A DNA stretch of 64,000 bases. Origin: Mobula hypostoma. Its lineage: Eukaryota. Shown one piece after another: positions 50,761 to 63,788 of the stretch (position 1 is its first letter; every line of letters starts with the position of its first letter). The notes beneath the pieces were generated by a model, which was not told the origin of the DNA, ran no database searches, and saw only the letters and a program-made list of their open reading frames with translations. The position numbers and the translations under genes were made by a program. The stretch spans positions 235,788,001-235,852,000 of the forward strand of contig NC_086097.1 in assembly GCF_963921235.1 (NCBI RefSeq), given 5' to 3'.

Positions 50761-50956
50761 AATACACACAAAATGCTGGAGGAACACAGCAGGTCAGGCA
50801 GCATCTGTGGAAATGAATAAACAGTCGATTTTTCGAGCTGAGACCAATTCAACTGTTTATTCTTTTCCATAGATAAAACCTGACTTGTTGAGTTCCTCCA
50901 GGATTTTGTGCAGGTTACTGTGGATTTCCAGCATCTGCGGATTTTCTCCTGTTTAG
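50761..50956. mobile_element. Penelope-derived fold-back insertion
   Basis: Diverged inverted arms; 10-bp TSD ATATACATGT at 50751-50760 and 50957-50966. Confidence 0.8.
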
Positions 50957-51331
50957 ATATACATGTTCTGAACTGTTATCTACGTAATTTATAGCCTGTA
51001 ATTTTTGTTTAAGATCGTGGAAATCATGGAATACTTCCTACATATTCTGAGCTACTCTTGGTAAAGGCAGTAATCATTGTTGAAATTTAACACCCCCTTA
51101 AGCATATCGGCGTAGCACTTAGTTGATTACGGACAAGAGTTTTTGATAATGAAGACTCAAGGCATAGCACAAAATGCACAATCTACTGGGTAACAGTGAT
51201 TCCTAATGTCCAATATGATCCTTAGACCCAGTCTATGTTGATGTAAAGGACTTCTATTTTTTCTTTTATTTTTCTTGCAGTTTAACTTTCTTGTGCTTAC
51301 TTATAACTTCTATGTAGTCACATTTATGAGT

Positions 51332-52222
51332 CCCTTCCCACTAATCTCCCTCCCGACACTTATCGTTGTAAGCGGAACAAGTGCTACACATGCCCTTACG
51401 CTTCCTCCCTTACAACCATTCAGAGCCCCAGACAGTCCTTCCAGGTGAGGTGACACTTCACCTGTGAGTCGGCTGGGGTGATATACTGCGTCCGGTGCTC
51501 CCGATGTGGCCTTCTATATATTGACAAGACCCGACGCAGACTGGGAGACTGTTTCGCTGAACACCTACACTCTGTCCACCAGAGAAGGCAGGATCTCCCA
51601 GTGGCCACACATTTTAATTCCACATCCCATTCCCATTCTGATATATCTATTCACGGCCTCCTCTACTGTCAAGATGAAGCCACACTCAGGTTGGAGGAAC
51701 AACATCTTATATTCTGTTTGGGTAGCCTCCAACCTGATGGCATGAACATTGACTTCTCTAACTTCCGTTAACGCCCCACGTCCCCTTCGTACCCCATCCA
51801 TATTTATTTAATTATTATTAATTTAATTTCTCTCTCTCTCTCTCTGTCTCTCTCTCTCTCCTTTTTCTCCCTCTGTCCCTCTCACTACTCCTTGCCCATC
51901 CTCTGGGCTTCCCCTTTCTCCCTTTCTTTCTCCATAGGCGTCCCGTCCTATAATCCTCTCATATCCCTTTTGCCAGTCAACTTTCCAGATCTTAGCTCCA
52001 TCCCTCCCTCTCCTGTCTTCTCCTATCATTTTGGATCTCCCCCTCCCCCTCCCACTTTCAAATCTCTTACTAGCTCTTCTTTCAGTTCATCCTGACGAAG
52101 GGTCTCGGCCCAAAACAGCGACTGTACCTCTTCCTAGAGATGCTGCCTGGTCTGCTGCGTTCACCAGCAACTTTTATATGTGTTGCTTGAAATTCCAGCA
52201 TCTGCAGATTTCCTCGTGTTTG
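51332..52222 (+). mobile_element. Penelope-like element 3' fragment with GIY-YIG endonuclease remnant
   Basis: VIYCVRCSRCGLLYIDKTRRRLGDCFAEH; pyrimidine-rich UTR; mutated hammerhead at 52092-52125; 11/13 candidate TSD at 51319-51331 and 52223-52235. Confidence 0.9.
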
Positions 52223-52467
52223 CACCTTTATAAGTGTAATTGTTCCGTGAATTTTCAGTAATTTTAGATTCTGTATTTTTCCAGAAAATTCTCTGCAGCC
52301 TGTGTTAGGGCACTGAACCTGACTGTTTCCTCTTATAATAACAAAGAAATACAAAGAACCAAGTAGTCCTGGTCATCTTATATTAAAAGCTCAAACCAAA
52401 CAGATAAATGACATTCTATTGATAACACTTAATAAAACAGCCGTAAACACTAGTTTTATGCCTCATT

Positions 52468-54100
52468 CATAGAAACATAGAAACATAGAAAATAGGTGCA
52501 GGAGTAGGCCATTCGGCCCTTCGAGCCTGCACCGCCATTTATTATGATCATGGCTGATCATCCAACTCAAAACCCCGTCCCAGCCTCCCCTCCATACCTC
52601 CTGACCCCCGTAGCCACAAGGGCCATATCTAACTCCCTCTTAAATATAGCCAATGAACTGGCCTCAACTGTTTCCTGTGGCAGAGAATTCCACAGATTCA
52701 CCATTCTCTGTGTGAAGAAGTTTTTCCTAATCTCGGTCCTAAAAGGCTTCCCCTCTATCCTTAAACTGTGGCCCCTCGTTCTGGACTTCCCCAACATCGG
52801 GAACAATCTTCCTGCATCTAGCCTGTCCAATCCCTTTAGGATCTTATACGTTTCAATCAGATCCCCCCCTCAATCTTCTAAATTCCAACGAGTACAAGCC
52901 CAGTTCATCCAGTCTTTCTTCATATGAAAGTCCTGCCATCCCAGGAATCAATCTGGTGAACCTTCTTTGTACTCCCTCTATGGCAAAGATGTCTTTCCTC
53001 AGATTAGGGGACCAAAACTGCACACAATACTCCAGGTGTGGTCTCACCAAGGCCTTGTACAACTGCAGTAGTACCTCCCTGCTCCTGTACTCAAATCCTC
53101 TCGCTATAAATGCCAGCATACCATTCGCCTTTTTCACCGCCTGCTGTACCTGCATGCCCACTTTCAATGACTGGTGTATAATGACACCCAGGTCTCGTTG
53201 CACCTCCCTAATCGTCCTAATTGTCCTAATCGGCTACCATTCAGATAATAATATGTTTTCCTATTTTTGCCACCAAAGTGGATAACTTCACATTTATCCA
53301 CATTAAATTGCATCTGCCATGAATTTGCCCACTCACCCAACCTATCCATGTCACCCTGCATCCTCTTAGCATCCTCCTCACTGCTAACACTGCCACCCAG
53401 CTTCATGTCATCCGCAAACTTGGAGATGCTGCATTTAATTCCCTCATCCAATTCATTAATATATATTGTAAACAACTGGGGTCCCAGCACTGAGCCTTGC
53501 GGTACCCCACTAGTCACCGCCTGCCATTCTGAAAAGGTCCCGTTTATTCCCACTCTTTGCTTCCTGTCTGCTAACCAATTCTCCACCCACACCAATACCT
53601 TACCCCCAATACCGTGTGCTTTAAGTTTGCACACTAATCTCCTGTGTGGGACCTTGTCAAAAGCCTTTTGAAAATCCAAATATACCACATCCACTGGTTC
53701 TCCCCTATCCACTCTACTAGTTACATCCTCAAAAAATTCTATGAGATTCGTCAGACATGATTTTCCTTTCACAAATCCATGCTGACTTTGTCCGATCATT
53801 TCACCGCTTCCCAAATGTGCTGTTATCACATCCTTGATAACTGACTCCAGCAGTTTCCCCACCACCGACGTTAGGCTAACAGGTCTATAATTCCCCGGTT
53901 TCTCTCTCCCTCCTTTTTTAAAAAGTGGAGTTACATTAGCCACCCTCCAATCCTCAGGAACTAGTCCAGAATCTAACGAGTTTTGAAAAATTATCACTAA
54001 TGCATCCACTATTTCTTGGGCTACTTCCTTAAGCACTCTAGGATGCAGACCATCTAGCCCTGGGGATTTATCTGCCTTCAATCCCTTCAATTTACCTAAC
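52468..54100 (-). mobile_element. 5'-truncated CR1, same subfamily as 1684-5872
   Basis: ORF 53164..54090 RT nearly identical to the corresponding part of 2515..4014; (CATAGAAA)n tail. Confidence 0.95.
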
Positions 54101-54429
54101 GACCTCCAAAGAACCTCTGGATCAATAACACCAGATCAAACAACAAAATACAGCAGGTATATTGAAGCAGTATGGAAAATATTGTATATCATGAATGCTG
54201 TCTCTACAAAATCCTCTAAATTCAGTGGAAGACCAAGTGAACAATTGCCAGCGTGTTCTGGATATGCCCAATTAGTTAGCTTGTGAAGGCCACATTGATT
54301 ACGTGCCCATAGCAGAGACAAGAGGCTATGAAGTGAACTTAAGATTCAAGGATATACATAAAGAAATGCAGCATCTTCACTGATGCCTGGGAATCTTTGG
54401 AGAATATCTGTTTCCTACCAATTTTCCTA

Positions 54430-55025
54430 CTGAATTTTGAAAGGCCTAGATAGAGCAGACGTGGAGAGGGTATTTCCAATAGCGGAAGAATCTAGCGCCA
54501 GGTGGCACAGCCTCAGAATAGAGAGATGTCCATTTAGAGCAGAGAGGAACATGAATGCCTTTAGCCAGGGGATGTGAATCTGTGGAACTCATCGCCACAG
54601 ATGCCTATGGAGACTAAGTCATTTAGAGCAGAGGTTGAAACGTTCTTGATTAGTAAAAAGTTATATGGGTACAAAAGGAGAATGGGCTTGTGAGGGAAAA
54701 TAAATCAGCCATGACCAAATGATGCAACACACACAAAACGCTGAAGGAACTCAGCAGGCCAGGCAGAATCTATGAAAAAGAGTACAGTCGGCGTTTCGGG
54801 CCAAGACCCTTCACCAGTCCTGAAGAAGGATCTCAGTCTGAAATGTCAACTGTACTTTTTTTCCGTAGATGCTGCCTCGACTGCTGAGTTCTTCCAGCAC
54901 TTTGTGTATATTGGTTTGATTTCTAACATCTGCTGATTTTCTCTTGTTTGTGATGACCAAATGGCAGAGCAGATTCAATGGGCTGAACGGCCTGATTCTG
55001 CTTCTATGTCTTATGACCTCATGGA
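54430..55025 (+). mobile_element. CR1 3' fragment interrupted by a fold-back element
   Basis: gaaaggcctagatagag...gtgaatctgtggaactc...tgtcttatgacctcatgg. Confidence 0.75.
54722..54952. mobile_element. Penelope-derived fold-back insertion with two opposed degenerate hammerheads
   Basis: 11-bp TSD ATGACCAAATG at 54711-54721 and 54953-54963; inverted arms. Confidence 0.85.
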
Positions 55026-55040
55026 CTTAATGTTCTATGC

Positions 55041-55122
55041 CCGGGGTTCTCAACCTGGGATCCATAGCGCCTTTGGTTAATGGTAAGGCTTCATGGTATA
55101 AAAAAACGGTTGGGGACCCCTG
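55041..55122. mobile_element. Small hAT-type MITE
   Basis: Inverted ends ccggggttctcaacc / ggttggggacccctg. Confidence 0.6.
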
Positions 55123-55209
55123 TTTTAAGTGAAGAAAGAGCATTCCAGATGGTATTGAAGACAGTGAGACATCAGGAACACTCAGAAGCCCAGTGTATGT
55201 GGTGGAAAG

Positions 55210-57050
55210 CATATGACGATGTCTGGTTCTTCACTTGCGAAGATCAGGAGGGAAGAAGAGTCCTCAGGAGTGATGGCATGATCACTGGGGACTGTAGAGG
55301 CCAATTCTGGATCTGCAGTCTCTGGAGCAGTAGGGACACGGAAACAGCTGGGATGCAAGCACTTGGATAATCAAATACTTCCTGAATCTCCTCTTCTCTT
55401 CAGCAGACGCTCTTCTGGATTCCTCAAAATTCATTTCTGCTCCGTGGATGAACATTCTCCAGTGGTTTCTGCCACTAGCCAGCTGCTGCCACTCTTTGAC
55501 CTCGATATTCACATGAGAGAACTGCTGCATAAGTTGGTCATTGTACCTCTTGCGCGGGGCACCATGATCTCTCTTGCCCAGAGAGAGTTCTCCATAGAGT
55601 ACTGGAGTTGTCCATGCGAGATACATGACCTGACTGGCCGAGCTGTTTGAGAAACAAAGTGGTTTCCATGCCTGGAAGCTGAGCCTTCTCCAGGACCTAG
55701 TTGCTGGAGACGTGACCCTGCCAGTTGATACCCATGATGGAGCAAGGCAGCGCTGATGGAAGCACTCAGGCATCTGGATTTGCTTGCAGTACAAGAGCCA
55801 GGCTTTGGAGCCGTATAGTGGAGTTGTGATGAGCGCAGCCCTCTATACCTGGGTTTTTGTGGACAGACAGCTGGTGGTTCTTCCACACGCATTTCTGGAG
55901 GAACCCGAAGGCACTGCTAGCTCTAGCAAGTCAACGTCTCTTACGATCATAGCATTGCTGGAGATGACACTGCCCAGGTAGGTGAACTGCTAAACCATGG
56001 TGAGAGGGTGGTCATCAATGGTGATCCGAGGTGGGTCGTAAATGCCACAAGGGGGCCTCTGATGGAGGATCATTGCTTTCTTCAGACTGACCGTTAATCC
56101 AATAACCCTTGCGGTCTTGGTGTACTGAGTGACTGCATTCTGTAATGTGTCCTGTGTGTGTGTGAGGGGAGCATATTGCAGCTCGAAAATGGGCTTAGGC
56201 ATGGTTTTTGTTTGGACGAGAAGGCAGCAGAGGTTGAAGGTATTTCCATCAGCGAATAACCAAATGTAGATGCTCTCCAAGGTGGTCTCTATCGCCTCCC
56301 GTAGCACCATGCTGAAAAAGATGGCAAAAAGCATCGGTGCCAAAACACTGCCTTGTTTCATGCCGATACTGATGGGGAATGGGTCAGACGGGTCACTAGT
56401 GCGTTTAATCCAACCATTTTGGCCGCCATGGAACTGCTGCAGGATGGTGAGGACATTCAGAGTACAGCCAAGCTTCATCAGGTCTTCCAGAGACGATCAC
56501 AACCGACTTTATCAAAGGTCTTGGCCGGATTAATGGACACTGCGTACAGTCCCATGTTCTGTTCATGACACTTCTCCTGTATCTGGCACAGGACGAAGGT
56601 CATGTCTGATGTAATTCTGTTCGCTTTGGGTCTGCACTGGCTCTCTGTGAGATTGCCTTCAGCAATGGTAGGGATGATTCTGTTCCAGGGAATTCTGGTG
56701 AGGATCTTCCTGGCGGTGGACAGCAGGATAACCCCTCTGTAGTTTGAACAATCCAATTTCTCCCCTTTGTTCTTGTACAGAGAGACAATTGCAGCTTTGC
56801 GTGGGTCATTTGGGACTGAACCTTCCTCCCAACTGAGTGTGAACAGGTTTGTGAGTTCGCTCAGGAGAATGTCTTCGCCCATTTTGTGTGCTTCCATTGG
56901 GATCTCATAAATGCATGGGGCCTTATGGCATTTTAGGTTGGAAATAGCAGCTTTGACCTCATCCAAAATTGGCGGGCCATCAAGCTTAAGTCTGGCCTCA
57001 TACTGGAAATTACTCCCGAAAAGGCTCTTGTACTGCTCTGTCTCTGATGG
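55210..57050 (-). mobile_element. RTE-clade (BovB-like) LINE, 5'-truncated and decayed
   Basis: LYKNKGEKLDCSNYRGVILLSTARK, GMKQGSVLAPMLF, PVLYGEL, C-terminal CPYCSRDCRSRIGLYS. Confidence 0.9.
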
Positions 57051-57215
57051 CTTCCTTGTCTGTCAGCTGGTTGGAGCTGTCAGTCGGCATAGAGGGGCTT
57101 GAATCAGACCATGCAGTACGTGCAGCGATTTGTAGAAGCACACAGAAGCCCAGTGGTGGAAAGCAGATACTACAGAATGAGCTACCCACACAGAGAGTTA
57201 GGAAGTTCCTGATCA

Positions 57216-57818
57216 TTCATAGTCATAGTCATACTTTATTGATCCCGAGGGAAACTGGTTTTCATTACAGTTGCACCATAAATAATTAAATAATAATAAA
57301 ACCATAAACAATTAAATAGTAATATGTAAATTATGCCAGGAAATAGGTCCAGGACCAGCCTATTGGCTCAGGGTGTCTGACCCTCCAAGGGAGGAGTTGT
57401 AAAGTTTGATGGCCACAGGCAGGAATGACTTCATATAGCGCTCAGTGTTGCATCTCGGTAGAATGAGTTTCTGGCTGAATGTACTCCTGTGCCCAACCAG
57501 TCCATTATGTAGTGGTTGCGAGACATTGTCCAAGATGGCATGCAACTTGTACAGCATCCTCTCTTCAGACACCACCGTCAGAGAGTCCAGTTCCATCCCC
57601 ACAACATCACTGGTCTTACGAATGAGCTTGTTGATTCTGTTGCTGTCTGCTACCCTCAGCCTGCTGCCCCAGCACACAACAGCAAACATGATTGCACTGG
57701 CCACCACATACTCGTAGAACATCCTCAGCATCGTCCGGCAGATGTTAAAGGACCTCAGTCTCAGGAAATAGAGACAGCTCTGACCCTTCTTGTAGACAGC
57801 CTCAGTGTTCTTTGACCA
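57216..57818 (-). mobile_element. Rex1/Babar 3' fragment, same subfamily as 62590-63645
   Basis: ORF 57360..57731 nearly identical to the C-terminus of 62514..63383; (CATAGT)n tail. Confidence 0.92.
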
Positions 57819-59969
57819 ATGACCCTACAATCTTGCTGAAGAAAGATATTAATCAGATCAAATTGATCTGAGGAATAATGGCAGGGAAAACATTATTTTA
57901 GATATACAGAACAGTTCATCAGCAACCTTGTGGAAACATTCTGAATAATGTGCCCTAAATCTTTATCCCTAAATATTCACTGCAAAGCCACAAATATACA
58001 TAAATATACAGCATAACAGAAATAAAATTAGAAAAAAATGTGTGGGATGGAAAAGGTTTCTTCTGACAATGGAAAATGTAAAGAGTTGCATCCATTTCCA
58101 TTTATCTATGAGTTAAACTGTACACAAATCAAGTAAAATGGCTGCTTGCCAACTTAAAATGTAGCAAAGTTCTGTGTACTTCAAAATGTTAACCATTAAT
58201 TTTTGCACAGAAAAATATGTGTTCTAAGCATTAAGCTGAAAGCTGTCCAATATAGGATTATTCTGCAACTTGAGGACTATTTCCCTGCATTGCTACACAT
58301 ACAAATGTCCTGCTATGAAAATAGCCTTTCAATTCACACTCTGTTACAAGATAAATAATGTTGAAGGTTAACTCTGGCACATATTCATCTGGATGTAAGC
58401 AAATATGGCGGGGGGGGGGTGTCGATGTTTTGGCTTCTGAAGAATGGAAGAGATGGATGACTGAGGGTTAATTATGTTTTACGGGTAGAGTTGTTCACAA
58501 TATTGTAATTTCCAATTTGTATATCAGCAGTCCTGGATTACATGCTGTTTTATACAGAATATTTTATGACCGGAACCATTTTAAGATTACTGTTTAATTA
58601 CTGCAGTGATATTGAATATTGGTAATTCCTTATATAATTTTGAACTGGTCTTTTATCAATCTAAGATTTATGCCCTATCTCAAAAGATAATGCCTCAAAA
58701 AGGCAGCATCCATCATTAACAATTTCCACCACCCAGGACATGCTCTCTTCTCATCACTAACATCAGAGAAGAAGTGCAGGAGCTTGAAGATATACACTTA
58801 ATATTTTTGGAATGACTTCTTGAATGTGGAGAGTTAAAGATCTATGGTGGAAGAGTCTAAGATCAGAGGATACAGCCTCAAAATAGAGGGACACCCTTTC
58901 AGAACAGAGTTGAAGAGGAATGTCTTTAGCCATAGCCCATGTTAAAAGGTGGATAATGCCCAATATTTGTGCTTTGCCTCGAAGCAAAATATGTTCTTGC
59001 ACAATATACAGCAATTTCCTAATCAGGAGGATGTCAATTCTAAGGCGCAAAGCTTTATCTGACTTATTTTTCTGCTGTTTGGAATTTACAAATTTAATTT
59101 AATGATTTTAATCCTACTTTTTAATACTTTTTAATAATCTAAAAGCTAACACGAAAGCAAATATTGGAGAGTGGAGAAATATTAAATTAAAAATGCAAAT
59201 ATGTACCTAACAAATGTACAGAGCTCTTCTCTAGTTTACAGAGAAAACTGCATCGAGATTAAAGGCATTCTTTTAATGTGCGAAAACAAGAGGAAAACAT
59301 ATTAGATCAACATATGGGAGTATTAGCTATCCATGAATATTTAAACTGTAAAAGTTACATAACTATTTTATGGACACCCATGGCAGTTTTAACCAGTCTG
59401 TGGTTGCATTAAACCCAGTGTGCAGTGCTCGCAATTTAAATAGAATTGCAACACTTGATTTCATGAAATTGGATTCAGATTGCTCATGAGATAAATCAGT
59501 TCCCCTTGTAATTACACTACGCTTTAGCAAACTGCTCAACTGAAATTTCTGATTCACACAAAGGTACAAGAAATACTATGTGATTCTGAAACAATTAAGC
59601 ACAATGTTTGAATACCAGGAGCTCTGTTTTTGGAGTCCTTTAAAATGTCTTTATATTTCTATTTGATCAATCACTAAAGTAATTACATAGTGATTATTAA
59701 GATAATTTTATTCATAAAATATTTTGTACAGAGCAACATAAAATCCAGGAAAATCCATCTGCAAATTGGGAATTATAACAATGTTCCTTATGTTAACTAT
59801 ACAATAAGGTCATCCAGCCCTTCTTGCACTCTGTTCTGTTCCTGTTTCATTTTTTCATTGTTTCTTTTCTTTATTTTTATAATTTCCCCTCTTTTTATTC
59901 CATTTTCTCACTCTGCATCTCTTTCTGTTTATCTTCTTATAGGACATAGTACACAGAACACAGAAATCT

Positions 59970-60635
59970 TGGTGAGACCTGACGCAGACTGGGAAATCAT
60001 TTCGCTGAACACCTACGCTCTGTCCACCAGAGAAAGCAGGATCTCCCAGTGACCACACATTTTAATTCCACATCCCATTCCCATTCTGATATGTCTATCC
60101 ACGGCCTCCTCTACTGTAAAGATGAAGCCACACTCAGGTTGGAGGAACAACACCTTATATTCCGTCTGGGTAGCCTCCAACCTGATGGCATGAACATCGA
60201 CTTCTCTAACTTCCGCTAATGCCCCACCTCCCCCTTGTACCCCATCCATTATTTATTTATACACTCACATTCTTTCTCTCTCTGTCCCTCTGACTATACC
60301 CCTTGCCCATCCTCTGGGTTTTTTCCCCCACCTCCTTTTCCTTCTCCATGGGCCTCCTGTCCCATGATCCTCTCACATCCCTTTTGCCAATCACCTGTCC
60401 AGCTCTTGGCTCCATCCCTCCCCCTCCTGTCTTCTCCTATCATTTTGGATCTCCCCCTCCGCCTCCCACTTTCAAATCTCTTACTAACTCTTCCTTCAGT
60501 TAGCCCTGACGAAGGGTCTCAGCCTGAAACGTCGACTGTACCTCTTCCTAGAGATGCTGCCTGGCCTGCTGCGTTCACTAGCAACTTTGATGTGTGTTGT
60601 TTGAATTTCCAGCATCTGCAGAATTCCTCGTGTTT
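59970..60635 (+). mobile_element. Penelope-like element 3' fragment
   Basis: Homologous to 51525-52222; 12-bp TSD ACACAGAAATCT at 59958-59969 and 60636-60647. Confidence 0.92.
60502..60537 (+). ncRNA. Minimal type I hammerhead ribozyme motif
   Basis: AGCC-CTGACGA-AGG(GTCTCAG)CCT-GAAAC-GTC^GACT; cores intact, one stem I mismatch. Confidence 0.65.
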
Positions 60636-61866
60636 ACACAGAAATCTACAGCAGATTACAGGCCCTTTGGCCCACAATGTTGTGCTGCCCATGTAACCTA
60701 CTGGAGAAGCTGCCTAGAATTTCCCTTCCGCATAGCCTTCTATTTTTCTAAGCTCCGTGTTCCTATCTAAGAGTCTTTTAAAAGACCCTATTGTATCCGA
60801 CTCTACTACTATCGCTGGCATTGCATTCCATGCACCCACTACTCTCTGTGTGAAAAACTTAACTCTAACATCCCCCTTGTACCTACTTCCAAACATCTAA
60901 AACCTATATCCACTTGTGTTAGCCATTTCAGCCCTGGGTAAAAGCATCTGGCTATTCAAACGATCAATGCCTCTCATCATCTTATACACATCTATCAGGT
61001 CACTTCTCATCCTCCATCACTCCAAGGAGAAAAGGCCAAGTTAACTCAACCTATTCCCATAAGGCATGCTCTCTAATCCAGGCAACATCCTTGTAAATCT
61101 CCTCTGCACTCTCTCTATAGTATCCACATCATTCCTGTGGTGAGGTAACCAGAACTGAACACAGTGCTCCAAGTGGGGTCTAACTAAGGTCCTATATAGC
61201 TGTAACATTACCTCACGGCTCTCGAACTCAATCCCACGATTCACGAAGGCCAAAACACCAAACACCTTCTTAACAAAACTGTCAGTCTGCGCAGCAGCTT
61301 TGAGAGTCCTATCGACACGGACCCCAAGATCTCACTGATCCTCCACATTGCCAAGAGTCTTACAATTAATATTATATTCTGTCTTCAAATTTGACCTACC
61401 GAAATGATCCACTTCACAGTTACCTGGGTTGAACTCCATCTATTACTTCCCAACCCAGATCTGCATTCAATCGATGTTGCGCTGTAACCTCTGACAATCC
61501 TGCAGACTATCCACAACGCTCCCATCCTTTGTGTCATCAGCAAATTTTCCAACCCATCCATTCACTTCCTCATCCAGGTCATTTATAAAATCACAAAGAG
61601 GGGGGATCCCAGAACAGATCCCTGTTGAACACCACTAGTCACCAATCTCCAAATCATCTACAACCACTCTTTGCCATCTGTGGGCAAGCCAATTCTCGAT
61701 CCACAAAGCAAGGTCTCCTTGGATCTCATGCCTCATTACTTTTTGAATGAACCTCACATGGGGAAACTTATCAAATGCCTTACTGAAATCGATATACACT
61801 ACATCCACTGCTCTACCTTCATAAATGTGCTTTGTTACATCTTCAAAGAATTTAATCAGGCTCATA
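60636..61866 (-). mobile_element. CR1 RT/3' fragment (continues at 63646-63788)
   Basis: VVYIDFSKAFDK, LYRTLVRPHLEHCVQFW, FFTQRVVGAWNAMP. Confidence 0.9.
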
Positions 61867-61879
61867 ATATAGGATACTT

Positions 61880-62584
61880 GGTAGTGTGGAGGAGCAGAGG
61901 GATCTCAGGATACATGTCCACAGATCCCTGAAAGTTGCCTCACAGGTGGATAGGGTAGTTAAGAAAGCTTATGGGGTGTTAGCTTTCATAAGTCGCAGGA
62001 TAGAGTTTAAGAGTCACGATGTAATGATGCAGCTCTATAAAACTCTGGTTAGGCCACACTTGGAGTACTGTGTCCAGTTCTGGTCACCTCACTATAGGAA
62101 GGATGTGGAAGCATTGGAAAGGGTACAGAGGAGATTTACCAAGATGCTGCCTGGTTTAGAAAGTATCAATTATGATCAGAGATTAAGGGAGCTAGGGCTT
62201 TACTCTTTGGAGAGAAGGAGGATGAGAGGAGACATGATAGAGTTGTACAACATAATAAGAGGAATAGATAGAGTGGATAGCCAGCGCCTCTTCCCCAGGG
62301 CACCACTGCTCATTACAAGAGGACATGGCTTTAAGGTAAGGGGTGGGAAGTTCAAGGGGGATATCAGAGGAAGGTTTTTCACTCAGAGAGTGTTGGTGCG
62401 TGGAATGCACTGCCTGAGTCAGTGGTGGAGGCAGATACACTAATAAAGTTTAAGAGACTACTAGGCAGGTATATGGAGGAATTTAAGGTGGGGGTTTATA
62501 TGGGAGGCAGGGTTTGAGGGGAGGCACAACATCGTGGGCAGAAGGGCCTGTACTGTGTTGTACTATTCTATGTTCTATGTTCTA
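61880..62584 (+). mobile_element. CR1 3' fragment
   Basis: ORF 61886..62443 LYKTLVRPHLEYCVQFWSP; (TTCTATG)n tail. Confidence 0.92.
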
Positions 62585-62589
62585 TAATC

Positions 62590-63645
62590 AGACTGTCTTG
62601 TCTCCCTTTCTCTTCACCATTTACACTTCGGACTGCAACTACTGCACAGAGTCTTGTCATCTTCAGAAGTTTTCAGATGACTCTGCCATAGTTGGATGCA
62701 TCAGCAAGGGAGATGAGGTTGAGTACAGGGCTACGGTAGGAAACTTTGTCACATGGTGCAAGCAGAATTATCTGCAGCTTAATGTGAAAAAGACTAAGGA
62801 GCTGGTGGTAGACCTGAGGAGAGCTAAGGTACCGGTGACCCCTGTTTCCATCCAGGGGGTCAGTGTGGACATGGTGGAGGATTACAAATACCTGGGGATA
62901 CAAATTGACAATAAGCTGGACTGGTCTAAGAACACTGAGGCTGTCTACAAGAAGGGTCAGAGCCGTCTCTATTTCCTGAGAAGACTGAGGTCCTTTAACA
63001 TCTGCCGGACGATGCTGAGGATGTTCTACGAGTCTGTGGTGGCCAGTGCTATCATGTTTGCTGTTGTGTGCTGGGGCAGCAGGCTGAGGGCAGCAGACCC
63101 CAACAGAATCAACAAACTCATTCATAAGGCCAGTGATGTTGTGGGGATGGAAATGGACTCTCTGACGGTGGTGTCTGAAAAGAGGATGCTGTCTAAGTTG
63201 CATGCCATCTTGGACAATGTCTCCCATCCACTACATAATGTACTGGGTGGGCACAGGAGTACATTCAGCCAGAGACTCATTCCTCCGAGATGCTGCACAG
63301 AGCGTCATAGGAAGTTATTCCTGCCTGTGGCCATCAAACTTTACAACTCCTCCCTTGGAAGGTCAGACACCCTGAGCCGATAGGCTGGTCCTGGACATTT
63401 CATAATTTACTGGCATAATTTACATATTACTGTTTAACTATTTATTACTATTTTTCTATTACTATTCTATTACTAATTATTTCTATGACTATTGCTACTT
63501 ATTGTTTCTATGACTATTACTATTTACTATTTACTAATAGTAATATTACTATTACTATTTCTATTACTATGTATTATTTATGGTGCAACTGTAACGAAAA
63601 CCAATTTCCCCCGGGATCAATAAAGTATGACTTTGACTATGACTA
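62590..63645 (+). mobile_element. Rex1/Babar 3' fragment with open RT C-terminal frame
   Basis: VLSPFLFTIYTSD, KFSDD, LNVKKTKELVVD, YKYLG; (GACTAT)n tail. Confidence 0.92.
63420..63580 (+). repeat. AT-rich (TACTAT/TATTAC)n low-complexity expansion in the LINE 3' UTR
   Basis: Degenerate hexamer repeats, largely absent from the sister copy at 57216-57360. Confidence 0.8.
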
Positions 63646-63788
63646 TAAGGCACAGCCTGCCCTTGACAAAGTCATGCTGACTATCCACAATCAGATGATG
63701 TCTCTCCAAATGGTCATAAATCCTGCCTCTCAGGATATTCTTCAACAAATTGTCAACACCTGAAGTAAAACTCACTGGTCTATAATTT
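63646..63788 (-). mobile_element. CR1 RT fragment, continuation of 60636-61866
   Basis: aggcacagcctgcccttgacaaagtcatgctgactatcc encodes an SQHxFVKGR-like block on the minus strand. Confidence 0.7.

Noticed and set aside
57820..59940. Repeat-poor AT-rich stretch as a possible conserved non-coding region
   Set aside because: Cannot be supported without cross-species alignment; includes small LINE remnants at ~58690-58930
62514..63383. 289-aa ORF as an intact gene
   Set aside because: Starts in an adjacent CR1 UTR and reads into a 5'-truncated Rex RT; no complete domain
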